Positions 49,144 through 63,295 of a DNA stretch of 64,000 nt are shown piece by piece. The DNA lies in assembly GCA_002104905.1 (NCBI GenBank), contig MCFE01000288.1, positions 1-64,000 on the forward strand. The letters run 5' to 3'. Below the pieces are notes generated by a model. That model did no database searches. It was not told the origin of the DNA and saw nothing but the letters and a program-made list of their open reading frames with translations. This DNA is from Basidiobolus meristosporus CBS 931.73 (lineage: Eukaryota; Fungi; Basidiobolomycota). Position numbers and translations under genes: made by a program. Numbering within the stretch: position 1 is the first letter of the stretch; each line of letters begins with the position of its first letter.

Positions 49144-49722
49144 AATCTTTAGTAACAGTGCAAATTTGATCCTGACTATAGGGGAATAATAATTAAGATT
49201 ATAGATCTGAACAAAGTGGCAAAGTTAGGGCTGTATATTAGTTGTAGAGTGACCAAGACTAGTCCAAAATTGCTGAGTAAATTTTTAGCTGCAGAATGAT
49301 ACCAAATAGTCCAATATTTCAACAGGTATCTCAGCAATTAATTGGTCCAAAAGTTTCCTGTAGCTGTTGGCCCCCAATTGGCTCTTTAACCAATACACAA
49401 GCTACCTGATTTGCCATCAAATATCCCATCTTGCCCATTGAGCAAGTAAATCCCTGATCCTAGTGATTGGACAAGGTGTTGAAGCTATCATGCAAACAAT
49501 TGAGCAGGTGCTTAACAAATCAAATGGCTGTACTGGTGTAACAGATGATGTATATATGCAGGGTGCTTATTTAGAGGGGTTCTGTCACAAATGTGAGACA
49601 ACGTCAATATTGCTTATATCAAAACTTTAGTGATCACTGATTTGCTGTGGCTCAAGTTGGATTGCAACAAAGAATGAGTTGTTTGGATCATGGCAAATAA
49701 GAGCAATTCAATGCAATCAAAT

Positions 49723-52700
49723 TGTTACAAGTCTTGGTATAAGAATTGTAGAGGAATAGGGAGTTTAGCAAGTATTGTATTCACTAAAACTTGCACTGAT
49801 ATTTATTGAGGTTCCAGCAGCTCCTTATATTCATTTTGCCAGATCAATTGCTGACTAACTGTATTACCTAATGCAGGCTGTGGTCAATGACTCATTTGAT
49901 TGCATCATCATCACCCAATAAGATCCTACTTAATACCTCTATTTTTGTCTGATAAGGATCTGATGATTCATTTACTGACTAGTAATACTGATTTGATAGA
50001 TAATACTGATATACTGATAACCTAAGCATATAACTAATTGATCCGACTAAAAACTGATCTAACTTAAACATTCAAGCAGCAAATCATAAGATTCTCCCCT
50101 GGTAAAGTTGAGAGGGTTCTCCAGAATCTCTTTTTGTGTGATACCAATATCTTGATGGCTCAGTATTATCAGCAAGTCTTGCAAGTTTGAGTCTGTCCCT
50201 ATGCACTAAGTCTTCCCAGATATTGCCTTGTTTGTCCACTAGTTGGTAAGTTGCAAATGGACATTCTTTGATGATCTTGAATGATCCTGTCCATTATGGC
50301 TCAGACTTCTTCTGAGTGTTATTTCTTAGCAATACAAAGTTCCCAACTGTATATACTTCTGGTGCTATAGTCTTATCAAATCTCTCCTTCATCTTTTCCG
50401 CACTGTGAGATACTGTGGTCTGTGCCTCTTAACAACTTTGTTCCAGTTGCTGGTATCTACTTGGCTGACTGAGTTTATCTTCTAAGGTGTCTGTAAGCTT
50501 TGGTTGTGAGAGATCACCTGGAATCCTTTGTTTACATCCATACACTAAGTAAAATGTCAACTGCGGGGTGGTGTTGTGTACACTGACTCTGCATACAAAT
50601 AGTGCCTGATCTATATACTCATCCCATCTGCTGAAAACTCCATTTGCATACTTTGTTAGCATTTTTCCAAATAATCCATTAAACCGCTCAGTAACTCCAT
50701 TAGTTCTGGGGTGATATGCCAAGGTTTTCAAGTGTTTGATCTGCTGCATTTCCAGGTAAGCTTCCAATGTCTTTGACATATAGTTTGCACACCTATAGGT
50801 TAGAATCTCCACAGGGAATCTAAGCTTGATAATGATCTCATAGTAGATGAAGCTTTCAACTTCTTGTTCACTGGCTATAGATACAGCTTTAGCCACTGGC
50901 CATTTAGTGTCTAGTATCTAACAGTTGAATTTCCTGGTGGTTGGCAGCGCTCCAATAAAGTCAATTCCCCATCTTTCATATGGTCTTACAGGCTCCAAGA
51001 GAAATATTTCAGCAATTCTCTGTGATTGGCCTTGGTTGATTGGCAATTTGGGCATGTTTTCACTACATTCTCAATATCATGTTTCATTCTGGGCCACCAT
51101 GCTCTGGCTTTCACAAGGCTATAGGTTCCTTCAACTCTAAGATGTTCATATCCATTGTGTAGCTTATGTATTAAAGCCAGGCAAGCAACACAAGGGCAAT
51201 AGGCAATAGGGCTTCCAACAACAATTTGGTAGCATGTTTCATCCTGTACTACAAATTTACTGGCTTCATCCTGGATTATCTTCATGATGTCTTCATCCAC
51301 CTCATTAGGAATGGCTTGGCCCTCCAGGTACTTTGGTTATAGGCTAGGCCAATCTGATTCATGCACCAAGTTGAGTTGTGCAACATGTTCTAATCTTGAT
51401 AAGGCATCAGCAACCATGTTGTTTTTTCATGGGTAGTAGACAATCTCCAAATCAAATTGCTGAATATATTCACTTCATCTTGGCATTCTTCTAGTGAGTA
51501 CCTCCTGCTTAAATATATACTTGAGGGAGGCATCATCAGTCTTCACAGTGCATGATCAGTCCTCATGGTGCATTTGACTTCTTCAATATAGCATCTCCAT
51601 GTCTTCAAACAGTGTATTAATGCAAGCATCTCCTTCTCATGCACTGGAGAGTCTTGTTGTGCTGAGTTCAGCTTCTTGGATTCAAAGGCAACAGGGTAGT
51701 CCTTTCCCTCATGTTCTTGGCTCAACACTCCACCAATTGCATAATCTCAAGCATCTGTGCACAGAGTAAACTCTTCTGTGAAGTTGGGTATTCTTAAGCT
51801 TGGCAGCTTAGCAAGTTCATTCTTAAGCATCTGGAAGGCAGTCTCACAAGCTATGTCCCACTTGTAGGTTTTGTCTTTCTTGAGGATATCAGTTAAAGGG
51901 GCTGCAATACTTGCAAAGTACTTGACAAATCTCTAATAATAGGAAACCATTCCAAAGAATGATCTGAGCTATGATATGCTATGGGACTGCTTCAGGTTCT
52001 TGATAACTTCAGCCTTCTTAGGGTCTAAGGTTACTCTTGTGCTAGTCACTATGTGTCCCAGATATTCAATGAGCTCCTTGAAGATTTCACACTTGGGTAG
52101 CTTGCCATAAAGCTTGTTCTCACTTAGCTTCTTTAAGACCTTTTCAATGTGCACCAAGTGATCCTCTTCTGTCTTGCTGTATATCAATATATCATCTAGG
52201 TAAATTACAACAAACTTGCCTAAGTACTCCTGGAAGACAGTCTGCATCAGGCTTATGAATGTTGCAGGGGCATTGGTGAGGCCAAAACTCATGACTAAGT
52301 ACTTGTAATGTCCATATCTGGTCCTGAATGCTGTCTTATGGATGTCTTCTGGCATCTCCCTAATCTGCTTGTATTTTGAGATGAGGCCAGTTTTGCTGAA
52401 AATAATGGCTCCATTGAGTTGGTCCCAGTGCTCATCAATACAAGGTATGAGGTACTTACTCTTCATGGTAACTGAGTTGAGGGCACTGTTGTCAGTGCAC
52501 ATCCTAAGTGTTCCATCCTTCTTCTTCACAAAACGTATTGGTGCTCCCCAAGGTGACTTGCTGGGCCTGCTATATCCTTGCTCCAGTAACTGACATATAT
52601 GTCCCTTCATCTCTTCCAACTCTAGTGGACTCATTCTGTAATGTGTCTTACTCACTGAAGGGCTATCTCCTTTTTCAATGGCATGATCCATGCCTCTGAC

Positions 52701-54631
52701 TGGTGGTAGGCTTATAAGCTCTTCTGAAAATACATCTGAATATTCCTTCAAAAGAGTCTGGACCTTCTGTGGTACTGGAATAGAGGAGTCCTCCTGTAGT
52801 GCTGCCATGAGGAACATCTAGGTGCCTTTTCTTAGTGTCTACAGAACTGTGTCTGGCTTAGTTCACTTGTTTCACACACACTGGAACTGACCAAGTTAAA
52901 ATCCAGTCTGGCAGGTAATAGCTTATAGGTTTTGTGGTCCTTCTGGATCTGAGTAGCATGGGTTCTCTGGTTGATTAATGGATTGCAACAAAATAGCCAG
53001 GTTCTCCCAAGTACAAGGTCAAACTTACAGTTCTCAAATATATAGGCCTGTAGGTCCTCTTCATAGTCATTCATCTTCATCCTTACTGGCTGAGTAATAC
53101 AGTTGATTACATGAGAGTTCACATCAGTTGTTGAGACTGAAGTTGATTTGGTGGGTTTTGAGTTGATTCCAGCTTTCAAAGCAAATTGCTCTGACATGTA
53201 CTCATGCAATGCTCCTAAGTCAATCATGATCTTGGCAGGTACTCTATTGATTACTCCACTCATGTATAATAGCTTTCCTGAGTTTGAGGTCATCTGGGAT
53301 AGGTATTCTTCTGTCATATGGATGGTGAGTTCTGAGTCTTCTTCAAGCTCATCCTCCATGTTACTATGCTCCAGGGCCTCAATATGGTTAAGGTTCCTGA
53401 CAGCTGGTGTCCATTTCCTCTCTGAGGGCAGTACTATGCAATATGTCCCTGCTGGTGGCAATTGAAGGAAAGTCCTTTCTTCTTTCACTAATCTGAGGTA
53501 GGATTCTTCTGCAGAGCATCTATTTCCATTGGCATTGCTTCTGAATGTCTTCTTTCATAGTAATTGTGGCCTCTCTGATTAGCCATTGTGGGCTTCCCAA
53601 CTCCAAACATAGCTGAGTCATAGTCAATTGCAATCTTGATGGCTTCTTCAATAGTCAGAGGTTTTCAATAATTTACTTCCTTACAAGTTCTTTCTTTCAA
53701 GCCATCAATAAAGTACTCAACTTGGTCTAGAGGGTTCATTCTTTCAATTTGCCCAAGTAGACATTAATATTCATAGATGTACTCTTGGACCATTCCTTTC
53801 TGTCTGAGTGTCTTCAACTTTCTTCTTGGTAGTGTCTGTTGGTGTGGGGGCTCAAAGGCATCCTGAATTTTCAGTACAAACTCATCCTAGGTAGAGATTG
53901 TAGAGCTTCCCATCATGGTTGTGGACCTGATCTAGTTGTGGTACCACAGTAAAGCTGCATCTGCCAGGTCAGAGGCTGCATAATGTTACTTGATTTCTTG
54001 AGCAATTCCCTTAGCCTTGAAAGCTTCTTCAATCTGGAAGAGCCAAGTTCACAGGTTTTCATTGACCCTACCATAGTACCAGTTGAACTTCACACTAAAG
54101 TTGCTCTTGACAGGGTTTTCTGGCTTTGGGCCATGGTAGTCATTCCTTGTTGCTGCTGGGCCAGGACTTGTTGTATAGCATTCTGTCATTCTTGATATTT
54201 GGACATCTTGAGGGGGCTTCTACTTTCTTTGAGAGTGAGGTTTCTGGTTATTGTTGCTTCCAATGTTACAAGTCTTGGTATAAAGGCTGTAGAGGAATAG
54301 GCAGTTTAGCTAGTACTTTATTCACTAAAACTTGAACTGATCTCTATTGAGATTCCAGCAGCTCTTTATATATATTTTGCCAGATCATTTGCTGACTAAT
54401 TGTATTTCCTAATGTAGGCTATGGCTGACGACTCATTTGATTACATCAACATCACCCAATAAGATCCTACTTAATATATCTATTTTTGTCTGACAAGGAT
54501 CTGCTGATTCACTGGCTGACTAATGCTACTGATTTTATAGATAATACTGATATACTGATAAGCTGAACATATAACTAACTGATCTGACTAAAGCTGATCT
54601 ATCTCCAACATTCAAGTGGCAGATCATAACA
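49723..54631 (-). mobile_element. Ty3/gypsy LTR retrotransposon, full length, degenerate
   Basis: LTRs 49723..50091 and 54264..54631; PPT CAGGGGAGAA. PR (IMIDLGA, FDLVLGRTW), RT (PWGAPIRFVKKKDG, YLDDIL), RNase H (VAFESKKL), INT zinc finger (H..H..CPNC) and core (YHPRTNGVTE), WTGSF GPY/F-like tail; no chromodomain seen. Flanks AAAT/AAAG are an imperfect 4-bp TSD. Confidence 0.95.
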
Positions 54632-57181
54632 AAAGCATCTTCTCCTAGGTTTTCTTCTCACCAGGATTACTACTGAAGCATTTGGTAGCGATTCTCTTTG
54701 CTCACCTGAACTACTTCCTTGTTGACTATCCTCTTGGCTACTTATGTATTTGTAGTCCGTATTTTGCTTTCTAGTTGATGGGTGCAATGCAGCAGCTTGG
54801 CCATGCTTAATTGCTCTGGATGATGTTACTAAACCACCTTGCAGTACTTCTTGCTGATGCGTTCTTTTACTTTCCAAGGGCTCTGGTAGTGGAGGCACTT
54901 CATGTTGGTCATCATCAGTCAGTTCACCAGAAGAAACTTGCTGATGCTCAGGCGTTATGGTATGTGCAGGCACAACTTGATGTGCTGGGATGGCCTTTGG
55001 CTGAGCTAGATTTAATGCTGCTTGTTGACGCAACTTGGCCCGCTCCAATGAACCCATGTCTACATGAGCAATTTTGCAAGTTCTGGTGGTTTTGCTCTGT
55101 AGCACACATGTTGACCCAGCATCCATTGACTTGATGCAAGACGCTCTTGTAAAGGGTGTTGGTGTAGTTTTGACTGATGTGCGCTGGCATGCTGAAGTTG
55201 CAAGGGATGGTAAGGAATCCAGCAAGGAGTTCTGGTGCAATCTAGACCCTGTTGCTCCAGGTCTGTATTTTCTACTTGAAGCTCACCTTTTGATTCCTCA
55301 AGGTATTCACTTACCCTCTGACTGATACTTTGGAACTGTTGCTTGGATGAGTCCTGTGTATATTACTCTTGGAAGCTACTTAGCTTTACTAATATATCAT
55401 GTAATAAATTAGGCATTTGAGGCTAAACTCATTTAAAATTTCATTGGTTCCCAGGGTTAAGGCACAAACGGATGCATCCAGTCCATACTGTGCAGATTAC
55501 ACTTGAAGTAGTCCCTGCACAGCTTCCTCATTAAACCCCTCACACTCAGCTCATTCTTTATTTCATAGTTGTCTTGATATACATCTTCTTACATTCAACT
55601 GCTTGCATCTTGATGTAGAATCACGCCACAGCTTGCTACTCAGGCTCTTCCATCTCTGTTACTCTCTGCAGTATCTAGTTCTGCTGGATTAATGAGTAGT
55701 GCCCAAGTATCCGTATGAAGGCTCATCATAGACACTTGGGCTATACTGAAATCATTTTGCAAGAACTTGAGCGGATCCAACATTGAATTCCCTGGTCCTG
55801 ATGGTGCTTGTGAGCTGGCAGATGGATTTGTCTAGGTTGTACTAAAGATGAGTTAAGGCCTGGTATAGGGACCATAGTGACGGATTTGGGTACTTTGATA
55901 GTAGTGTACTGGCATCAACCTGGTCTTATATGAGATTTCTGTGAAAACTAATGTGATTGTTGAGTTTTCCATATATTATGCATGATACATCTTGGTTTGC
56001 ATTGAAACAGATTGGATCCAATCAATTGCAGATTTTCTTTTTGATATGGATTTGCAAGTAAGGCATCAATAAAAATACCAAGTCTTTGCTTAAGAATGAT
56101 GTTTGTAACATAATGATGGGATACATTGGATTTGATTGAGATTTAATCATGATGCATGGTAATTCAGATAAATAAAATGGATTGCACCAAGTTGAATGAA
56201 TACACCTCAGTACAATCACCTACCAATTTTAATATGATTTACTCATCTGAATGGCCTTTTTTCATCAATCCCATCACTACCACTGGATTTCCTATTGACA
56301 CACTAGTGGAGACATATACCAAGTACTGTGGACCATCTACCTCAATCAACTCAAAGAGATCCCTTGTTAAGCTTCTCTGCTAATACAAAAACTATTGCCC
56401 CCAAGGTTTCATCCCACCATCCATGGCCATAAAAGTCCTAGAAGCATTCTTTCCCAGCTGACAGCAATGGAGAACCACCCTGCAGAGGGTATGAATGCCT
56501 TAGAGCAAGCCTGGAACAGTAGGGTCAGAAGCTCCAATAGACTTTCATATCCCAGAGTGTTCTGCAACAGTTCCATGTAAGGAGTAGTTTAGATACCTTC
56601 CCAGTCAGGACTAACATACCTTCTGGAGGGCAGAGGTGCTTTTATTCTTGCAAGTACAAGGCACACTGTGTGAAGTTTCAAGCCCTGTCTGACATTGAGG
56701 GTAACATCATCTGGTTTAGTAGGCCATTTGCTGGAAGCAGGCATGACAAAGCACTCTGGGTAGAGAATCATCCAGAATTCAGTAGAAGGGAGAAATGTAT
56801 GGCAGACCTAGCTTATTTAGGAGAGGATTGTCAGAGATTAGGATGTATTACAGCTTATAGCAAGCAAAGGAATGGTGAGCTTAGCCAGAAGCAGAAGCTC
56901 TACAATGAGATATTTAATCATTTCAGAGTGAGGGCAGAGCATAAATTTGGTTATCTGAAGAGATTCAGCATATTTGCTGGTGAATAGAGTGGAATGTCAT
57001 ATATAGGAGAAATCAGCTGAGTAGGTAAAATAGTTAAGATACCTATTGATGAACAGTATATTCATACAAGAAGAAATACACTAAGAGAAATGTGTCTGGA
57101 GCATTATGTAAAGTCAACAAAGAAAGCAAAGCACTACTCTGAGCAACATAAGTAAGATTAAATAATATCACCAGTTACTAT

Positions 57182-60090
57182 ATTAGCCTTTAGCCAACAA
57201 TCTAGCCTTTTACTTATCAATGGCACTATTTGAGGTAATCTTGAACATGTAGACCCATCTACATTCTATTGGCTTTCTCCCATTTAGTAAGTCTATCAGT
57301 TCCCACGTTTTTGCCTTGATCAGTCATTGTAACTCCTCCTGCATGGCTTGTTGCCACATACTAACATTGGGACTTTGCATTGCCCGTTCCAAATTCTGAG
57401 GTTTGGCACATAAGGCAAGATAAGCCTCTTCATGATCATTGGATATCTGCCACCTGGATCCACGGGCATCTCTTATTCTGTTAGATCTCCTAACTGGATT
57501 AATCTGCTCTGATCTGGAACTGGTAGAATTATCTTCCGTATCTTGCTGAATTAGGCATCTATCTTTGTCATTAGTGTTGATTGCATCATTAGATGGCTGG
57601 CCAACAGTTTTAGTGGATTTGTGATATGAATTCCCCTCAAATACAATGTCCCTGCTCTTGATTAGCTTCTGAATTTTGCCATCATACACTCTATACCCTT
57701 CAGTATCATCACAATACCCAAGAAAGATCACTTTCCTACTCTTTGGTTCCAACTTTGAGCATTTTTTGTCAGGGAAGTGATAAAAAATTTCACTGCCAAA
57801 GATCTTGAGGTGCTAGAGATCAGGTTTCTTGTCTCTATATTCTTCAAAGGGTGTAGAATCACGCAGTGCTGTTGTTGGGCATCTAGTCTTGCTGTATACC
57901 ATGGTAGGAAGAGATTCAGCTCAAAACTTGTAGTCCATATGGATCTTCCCATCTCTACTATTGTTCTATTTACACGTTCTGATACTCCATTTTGCTGTGG
58001 AGTATGAGGAACTGTGGTCTGCTGAAGTATACCAGTAGATTAGCAGTATAGTGCAAACTCCTCTGGATGGTATTTTCCTCCATTGTCACTTTGAGGAACT
58101 TTCAATTTACACCCATTTGTGTTTGTGCCATATTCTTGAAGTGCTTAAACGTCTCTAAAGCATCTTCCTTTGCTTTGAGGAAGTACACCCATGTATATCT
58201 TGTTTTGTCAGCAATAAACGTCATAAAGTATCTCTTGGCTCCAAAGGACAGTGTTCTCATAGGGCCACATATGTCTGAGTGTACAATAGCCAATATTTTC
58301 ATTGCATAGCTTATTTGCTGTATGAACATCCCTTACAAACACTCAGTTTGATCAGAGTTGAGTATTTTAGGCCCAAAACAAGCTGATTTTTCACCAATTG
58401 GCTCATTTTCTCTTCCCAATGTGTCCTAGCCTCCTATGTCACATCTCCCAGTTGGTTTCATTAGTTTCAGCAATGTTGACATACTCAGGCACAATGATCT
58501 TGCATTGTAGCTTGTATATAGTGTGATCTCTGATTCCCAAAGCTAAATTTTGTCCATTTGTACTCAATATTGAGCAGCTCATCTTAGTAAAAACAAATTT
58601 CAGTCCCTGAGCAGTTACTTTACTGATTGAGAGCAGGTCCGTAGCTATTCCAGGTACATAGAGTATGTCAGTTAGTCTTGCTGTTGTTGCCCCTAAGCTA
58701 TTGCTCATATTTAGTTGTATAGGCCCACTGGTGGTAGCCTTCAGAGCAGAGTTATCTCCCAGATAAACCTTTCTTACAGTAATAGTCTTTAAGTTGCTGA
58801 ACCACTCCTTTATACAACAAATATGCTGTGATGCTCCAGAGTCAGTATACTGTTCATTATTTGGTTACTTGCACTCTCTTATACAGTTACAAATAACAGT
58901 TCATCAGTAGTTATATGGTTTGCCTGCTCTTGTGTTTGTTTTTTGTCCGCTTGTTTCTTCTTGCATTCTCTTGCCCAGTGTCCTGGCTTTTTACAGTAGT
59001 TTTAGCAACCAGGTTTTCTTTGGTATTGTTGCTTCCCCTTCTTTTCTGAGTGTCCTGTCTGAACTGAATAAAGCATTATCTTTGATTTTCTCTGCGTGAT
59101 CATTATGTCTGGGTTCTTCATGGAGAAGTCTTTCTTTTGACATAGTCTAAAGTCAAATTGTCTTTTCTGCTTTCAAAAGAGAGTATGAGTGGCTCATACT
59201 TGTCTGGTAGGTTGCAAAGCAGACAGAGTATATTTTCTTCATAATCAACATCAGCATTAATACTATAAAGTCATTCTGTAAGTGTCTCCATTCTGGTAAT
59301 GAGTTGTAGCATGTCATCATCTGGCATCTTCCTCATGTTGAAGAACTTTCATTTTAAATAAAGCTTGCTTGATACTGACTTTGCTCTAAAGATCTTCTCT
59401 AGGGAATCCTATGCTGCTTTGGCAGTATATGAGGCATGGATTTGTCAATGAAGGAATCTTGCACATTGATACATATGGCATTAATGCCTTCTCTCCTTTT
59501 GTGAACCTTCTCCACTTCTTCTGCTGTTCCTTTGGGCTCATCTTCTTTTCCTGTTACTATATTCCAAAGCTTCCTTTCCTCAAGGTGTATCTGCATCTTG
59601 ATCATCCAAAGTCCGTAGTTCTTTACATCAAATCTCTTCTTCACAGGGAAGACATTTGTGTTGTTCTGTTTGCAGGTAGAGTTATCTTTAGAATAGATTG
59701 AGGCAATTGGGGCTCATAACCTGTTGCAATTTAAGAAGTGATTTGGATATAAGGAGCTTATGAAGAAGAAGGGATAATAGTTGAACTATTGGTTAATAAT
59801 AATGAAGCACAGTGTTTATACCTTGGTAGAAGTAATAGAGCTGTAACACTAAGTAAGGAGGGTTTCTCAATATTCAGGAGCATTTTGTAAGAGTTTCAGG
59901 GTTGGTACATAATGTTTAGTAAAAGTGCTAATTTGATCCTCACAATAGGCAAATAATTATAAGATTGTAGATATGAAGAAAGTGGCAAATTTAGAGCTGT
60001 CAACTAGTCACACAGTAACCAAGACTAGTTCAGAATTGCTAAGTGAATTTATAGCAGCTGAATGATACCAAATAGTCCAATATTTCAACT
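57182..60090 (-). mobile_element. Ty1/copia family B copy 2, 3'-truncated in RT
   Basis: 5' LTR 59722..60090 (369 bp), PBS 59709..59721, uninterrupted gag region, PR, INT (VHSDICGP), SH3-like region, start of RT. Confidence 0.92.
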
Positions 60091-63000
60091 CAATCTCTGT
60101 GTTTTGGTATAGTAGGGTGTTTAAGGCTTACTCTCATGGCAGTTGCCCAGTAATATGTACTTTTTACACTTTCTGGATTCAATTTGACTCATATCTGGGT
60201 AGTTTTGTGGCATATGCAGTATACCCAAATATCCATAGGTGTTCTGCGCTTGGTCAGCATTCATCCCATTCCTTAAATGGAGTATAATCACAAAGCACTC
60301 TGTTATAACTTGTATTTGCCAGTTACACAGCTGTGGCAACTGACTCTGCCCAAAAATCGTAAGATAATTCTTGATCATGGATCATAGATCATGCTATGAA
60401 GTGGATGAAATATTTTGAGGTATGTTATCCACCATTGTCGGTGCATATTTTCTTGATTTTTTCACCAGTTTCTCTCTCTACTATGGCTTTAAGCTCCCTG
60501 GACTTAGACAGAGCTTCTTCCTTTCTCTCCATGAAGTAGACCCACATGTATCTTGTATTATCATCAATAAAGGAATGCTTTCTGTTATCACAGAAGACAC
60601 CTACCAGTCATGTTCAGCCGCTAAGAAAATATATCTGAGACAAAAAATCTTTACTACAAAGATGCTGCCAGGAGAAAAAATCAAAAAGCTAATTGACAGA
60701 ATTACCCTGTTGGTAGATGACATAGAATCTGTGGGTGTACCAACTACTGATGAAGATGTGATGGTTACCATCTTGAATAGCCTGACAGACAGATTTCAGG
60801 GCGTTGTATTAGCCCTAGAGTCCAGAACTGAGGATTTGATCTAAATTATGTATATGGAAGGCTCTTGGATGAAGAATGAAGAAAATCAAGTGCTAATAAG
60901 AAGGAAGAAGAAAATGCTATAGTAAGCAATAATCACCCACAAAGAAGGTGCCCTAGACCCTACAAAGGCAACAGCAACCTGTTTTGTAACTACTGCAAAA
61001 GGAAAGGATACACAGTAGACTAGTGTCTCAAAGAGAGATAATTAACAAAAGATGCCTGAAAATGAAAATACTGCAACAACTGAAGATAGACTATTCATAT
61101 CTGCACTAAATATGACGCAAACAAGGATTCTGAGATGAGGTACATTGACTTTGGAGCATCTCAACATTTTACACTCCAAAAAGAGCTTTTTACCTAATAT
61201 CAAGAAATTACAATTAAGTAGGTTGTCATGGGTGACAATAGAATGCTTGATGTAGTAGGAAAAGGAACTCTCCAGGTAAACCTAAGAAGCAGTACAGGAA
61301 GGAAGCTGCACACTGATCTTTAAAAGAGTACCCTATGTACCAGAAATAGCCAAGAACCTACTATCTGTAAGCTAGGCCACTGCAGAATGACTTTGGGTCA
61401 GCTTTGACAACTCTGTCTGCAAGATCACTGATCAAAATGGTGCCCATTTTGCATTGGGTATCAGAGATCAGAATCTATACAAGTTGACTTATTATCCATC
61501 ATATTTGGAAGCCAATATAAGTAACTTATATGAAGAAACACCAATCCTTTGCCACTGGAGATATGGGCACATCAATTTTGAGTATTTGTGCAGAATGATC
61601 AAAGACCAGCCAATATCTGGTGTAAGAGTTGATATCCCCGCTATTTTGGAACACTGTGAAGCCTGCATATATGGGAAATAAGCCAGACAACTGTTCAAGA
61701 GCTCTGGGTTAGTCAAAATTAAGAAAATATCAAATCTAATTCACTCAGATCTGTGTGGACCTATGCAAAATTTATCCTTGGGCAGGATGAAGTATTCAAT
61801 CACTTTTATTGATGATTATACAAGGTACACGTAGATCTGCTTCATGGAGAGAAAAGAAGAAGCCCTGGCCAAGCCCAGAGAGCTTAAAGCCAAGGTGGAG
61901 AGAGAAACTGGTGAAAAAATCAAGAAAATATGCTCTGACAATGGTGGATAATATACCTCAAAACTCTTCATCCACTTCTACAAAACTAATGGGATAAAGC
62001 AAGAGACTACAGTCCACACTCCCCTCAGCAAAATGAAGTAGCAGAATATGCTAACAGAACAAAAATTGATATGGCAAGATCCATGATCCATGATTGATAA
62101 TTATCCTACAATTTTTGGGCAGAATGAGTTGCTACAGCTGTATACCTTAAGAATAGGAGTTACATCAGGATACTTTGTGATTCTGCCTCATTTCAAGCAT
62201 GGTACTGATACATACCAAGTGCAGAAAATCTAATGATATCTGGGTGTACAGCATATGCCAAGAAACTACCTGAAAATCAGTCATAATTAGAGCCAAAAAG
62301 TGTAAAATGCATGTTTTTGGGCCACTGCATTGCAAGTGAAGCATGCAGTCTCTACATTACCAAAGCAAAGAAGCTAATCAAGTCCAGGGATGTGTTGTTT
62401 GAAGAAAATTCAAAAATTTCACAAAAAATGACATCAGATGATGACAAAAATGTGATCACAAGTACACCAATTGTCAGGTTTGAAGCAGAGCAAAATAATT
62501 AAGATCTTTTCATCACAGAGGACTCTACAACTATGGTTCAGCCTGAATTAGTGCCCAGGTATGTCCCAGAAGTGATCAATCCTGTAACAAATGCCTGGAG
62601 ATCCAATTGGACAAGAAATAGCCCAAATTACTTTTACAATGAGGGTACAAACTTAGACCATGCCTATTCAGTCCATATTTATGAACCCCAGACTGTTAAA
62701 GAGGCTCTAAATAGCCCTCAGACAAGGTTTTGGTGATCTGCAATGACTGAGGAATATCAGGCCCTGATGGAAAATCAAACTTGATACTTAGTCAATTTAC
62801 CAATCAACCAAAAATCAGTTGGATGCAGAAGGGTCATCAAGACACTATACAGGGCTGATGTTACAATTAGAAGATACTAACCAAGACTTGTGGCCAAGGA
62901 ATGCTCAAACAAAAGGACTTGACTATACTGAGACCTTTGCACCGGTTGCCAAGTTTAATTCCATTGGATTGATATTGGCTATTGCAGCCAAATATAAGTT

Positions 63001-63295
63001 TTTGATTCATGAAATGGATGTAAGAACTCTATTTTGAATGGAGAACTTGATGAGGAAGTGTATATGAACCAATCTGATGGGTTTGTTGACCAAAATAAAC
63101 CCAATTTAGTCTGCAAGCTCAAAAATTCTCTATATGGTCTCAAATATTCACCAAGAGCCTGGATTTGCAAGATAGGTTCATATTTAGATACTTTGAGTTT
63201 CAAAAGGAGTAATGCTGACTATAGTATATACTATAATCCAGATAGAGCAAATCCAGTTCTATTAGCTCTATATGTGGATGATCTTATTATAGCTG
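60091..63295 (+). mobile_element. Ty1/copia family A relic: inverted INT fragment (about 60091..60560, -), then gag-PR-INT-RT on +
   Basis: KMLPGEKIKKLIDRITLLVDD, CNYCKRKGY, EHCEACIYGK, HSDLCGP, SRDVLFEE, ETFAPVAKFNSI, LYVDD. Confidence 0.88.

Larger units (their letters stand above)
40488..49324 (-). mobile_element. Ty1/copia family B copy 1, full length, degenerate, with two nested insertions
   Basis: 3' LTR 40488..40856; 5' LTR 48221..49324 (369 bp after removing the foldback element); 5-bp TSD GGTAT (40483..40487, 49325..49329); PBS GGTTATGAGCCCC. gag with CYYCEELGHWAREC, PR YIDSGASQH, MWHRRLGH, INT, RT (QMNVKTAFLN), RNase H. Confidence 0.95.
40140..57181 (+). mobile_element. PHIS transposon copy H4, split into 40140..40487, 49325..49722 and 54632..57181 by nested LTR elements
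   Basis: TIR AGACTTGTTCCATTG at 40140. The three pieces are collinear with the reverse complement of H5. ORF2 remnant 54599..55870 (-), broken transposase from ATG 56234 to about 57110 (+); the far end is truncated. Confidence 0.88.

Noticed and set aside
50100-50430. Chromodomain at the gypsy integrase C-terminus
   Set aside because: The tail ends after the GPY/F-like region and runs into the PPT; no chromo motif, so it is not the source of the 14.5-kb gene.
54244-54263. Gypsy primer-binding site (TTGGAAGCAACAATAACC on minus)
   Set aside because: Could not be matched to a tRNA 3' end or to a self-priming LTR sequence by eye.
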